From contig JAQBGU010000182.1 of the NCBI GenBank assembly GCA_032128375.1, positions 1-14,716 of the forward strand: a stretch of DNA of 14,716 nucleotides. Direction: 5' to 3'. Of this stretch, positions 14,088 to 14,716 are shown in pieces; within the stretch, counting starts at the first letter, position 1, and the number at the start of each line of letters is the position of its first letter. The DNA comes from Deltaproteobacteria bacterium. Lineage in GTDB: Bacteria; Myxococcota_A; UBA9160; SMWR01. Both the position numbers and the translations under genes were made by a program. The notes beneath the pieces were generated by a model that saw only the letters and a program-made list of their open reading frames with translations, was not told the DNA's origin and ran no database searches.

Positions 14088-14320
14088 TGGGCCGCCCGCA
14101 ATGGGTCGGCCGCGACCCGCAGCCCCCGAACCGCAGCAGACCGCCGTGGAAAGCAGCAGCTACTACGCGTTGCGGGGGTTGGGGACAGTCGCTATTTGGT
14201 GACACCCAGGCACAAAGAGACGAGGGCGTGCGTTGCTACCCGCGCGGCCGGGTCGCGAGCAGCTTCCGGGCGGACCCGAAGCGGAGGGGACCCGATTTCG
14301 GGTTCTCGCCAATCGAGTGA
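14087..14320 (+). CDS. Candidate 77-aa ORF bridging potI and the oxidoreductase (doubtful protein; may be a structured spacer)
   Basis: The ATG overlaps the potI stop (TGATG, 14085-14089) and the TGA overlaps the oxidoreductase GTG (GTGA, 14317-14320). The peptide is Pro/Arg/Gly-rich with no recognisable motif. Confidence 0.25.
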   Translation: MGRPQWVGRDPQPPNRSRPPWKAAATTRCGGWGQSLFGDTQAQRDEGVRCYPRGRVASSFRADPKRRGPDFGFSPIE

Positions 14321-14716
14321 CCCGTGGCTCGCTCGTGCGCGGCGCCCTTTGCGACACACTACCGCGCTGCTTCTGGCTCGATCGGCCGGACCGGCCAACG
14401 CCGCACATCCCGCTCGTGCGCAACGAAGCCACCGATCTGGCGATCGTCGGCGGGGGATTTACCGGATTGTGGGCCGCACTGCTCGCGCTGGAGCAGAACC
14501 CGGGACGCGACGTCGTGGTGCTCGAGGCCGAGCGGATCGGAGAGGGCGCCTCGGGGCGAAACGGTGGTTTTGCGGATCCGTCGCTCTCTCATGGTCTGGA
14601 AAACGGCCTGCGACACTTCCCGGATCAGATCGAGGCGCTCGAGGAGCTGGGTGCCGAGAACTTCGAACAGCTGATCGACACATTGAGACGTCACTCGATC
14701 GACGCCCACTACGAGT
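14317..14716 (+). CDS. FAD-dependent oxidoreductase, DadA/PuuB (gamma-glutamylputrescine oxidase-like) family, 3'-partial
   Basis: Absent from the ORF track because it runs off the window. Frame 1 reads MTRGSLVRGALCDTLPRCFWLDRPDRPTPHIPLVRNEATDLAIVGGGFTGLWAALLALEQNPGRDVVVLEAERIGEGASGRNGGF: a Rossmann GxGxxG-like motif plus GASGRNGG. It sits downstream of potFGHI. Confidence 0.88.
   Translation, partial: MTRGSLVRGALCDTLPRCFWLDRPDRPTPHIPLVRNEATDLAIVGGGFTGLWAALLALEQNPGRDVVVLEAERIGEGASGRNGGFADPSLSHGLENGLRHFPDQIEALEELGAENFEQLIDTLRRHSIDAHYE

Noticed and set aside
14324..14674. 116-aa ORF in the track as the last gene
   Set aside because: Wrong frame. The FAD-binding motifs are in frame 1 from about 14317 and run off the window end.
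1..14716. Mobile elements, tRNA/rRNA, phage or defence genes
   Set aside because: No transposase, integrase, terminal inverted repeats, cloverleaf, or nuclease/defence-ATPase motifs were recognised.

Overview
High-GC bacterial DNA holding an envelope/secretion-related cluster followed by a polyamine uptake and catabolism operon. In order: a 5'-truncated TonB-dependent outer-membrane receptor (+); a membrane-anchored sulfatase-superfamily protein with a non-canonical Thr active-site motif (-); a PEP-CTERM surface protein (-); a membrane-anchored Trp-rich helical-repeat protein (+); a ~1068-aa predicted exported protein (-); a potFGHI-type putrescine ABC transporter (+); and a 3'-truncated FAD-dependent oxidoreductase, probably PuuB-like (+). 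The most notable observation is the large protein. Between a signal-peptide-like N-terminus built on a 12-bp tandem repeat and a C-terminal FG-GAP beta-propeller plus ASPIC/UnbV domain (CRTAC1-like), it carries four segments that read like histone folds, arranged as two duplicated doublets and lacking the RKT DNA-binding loop. Other points of interest: a 9-codon, apparently leaderless uORF overlapping the potF start; a 77-codon ORF or structured spacer coupled at both ends between potI and the oxidoreductase; and a TTA-codon run in the PEP-CTERM signal peptide. All family calls are by-eye motif recognition, with no database searches.
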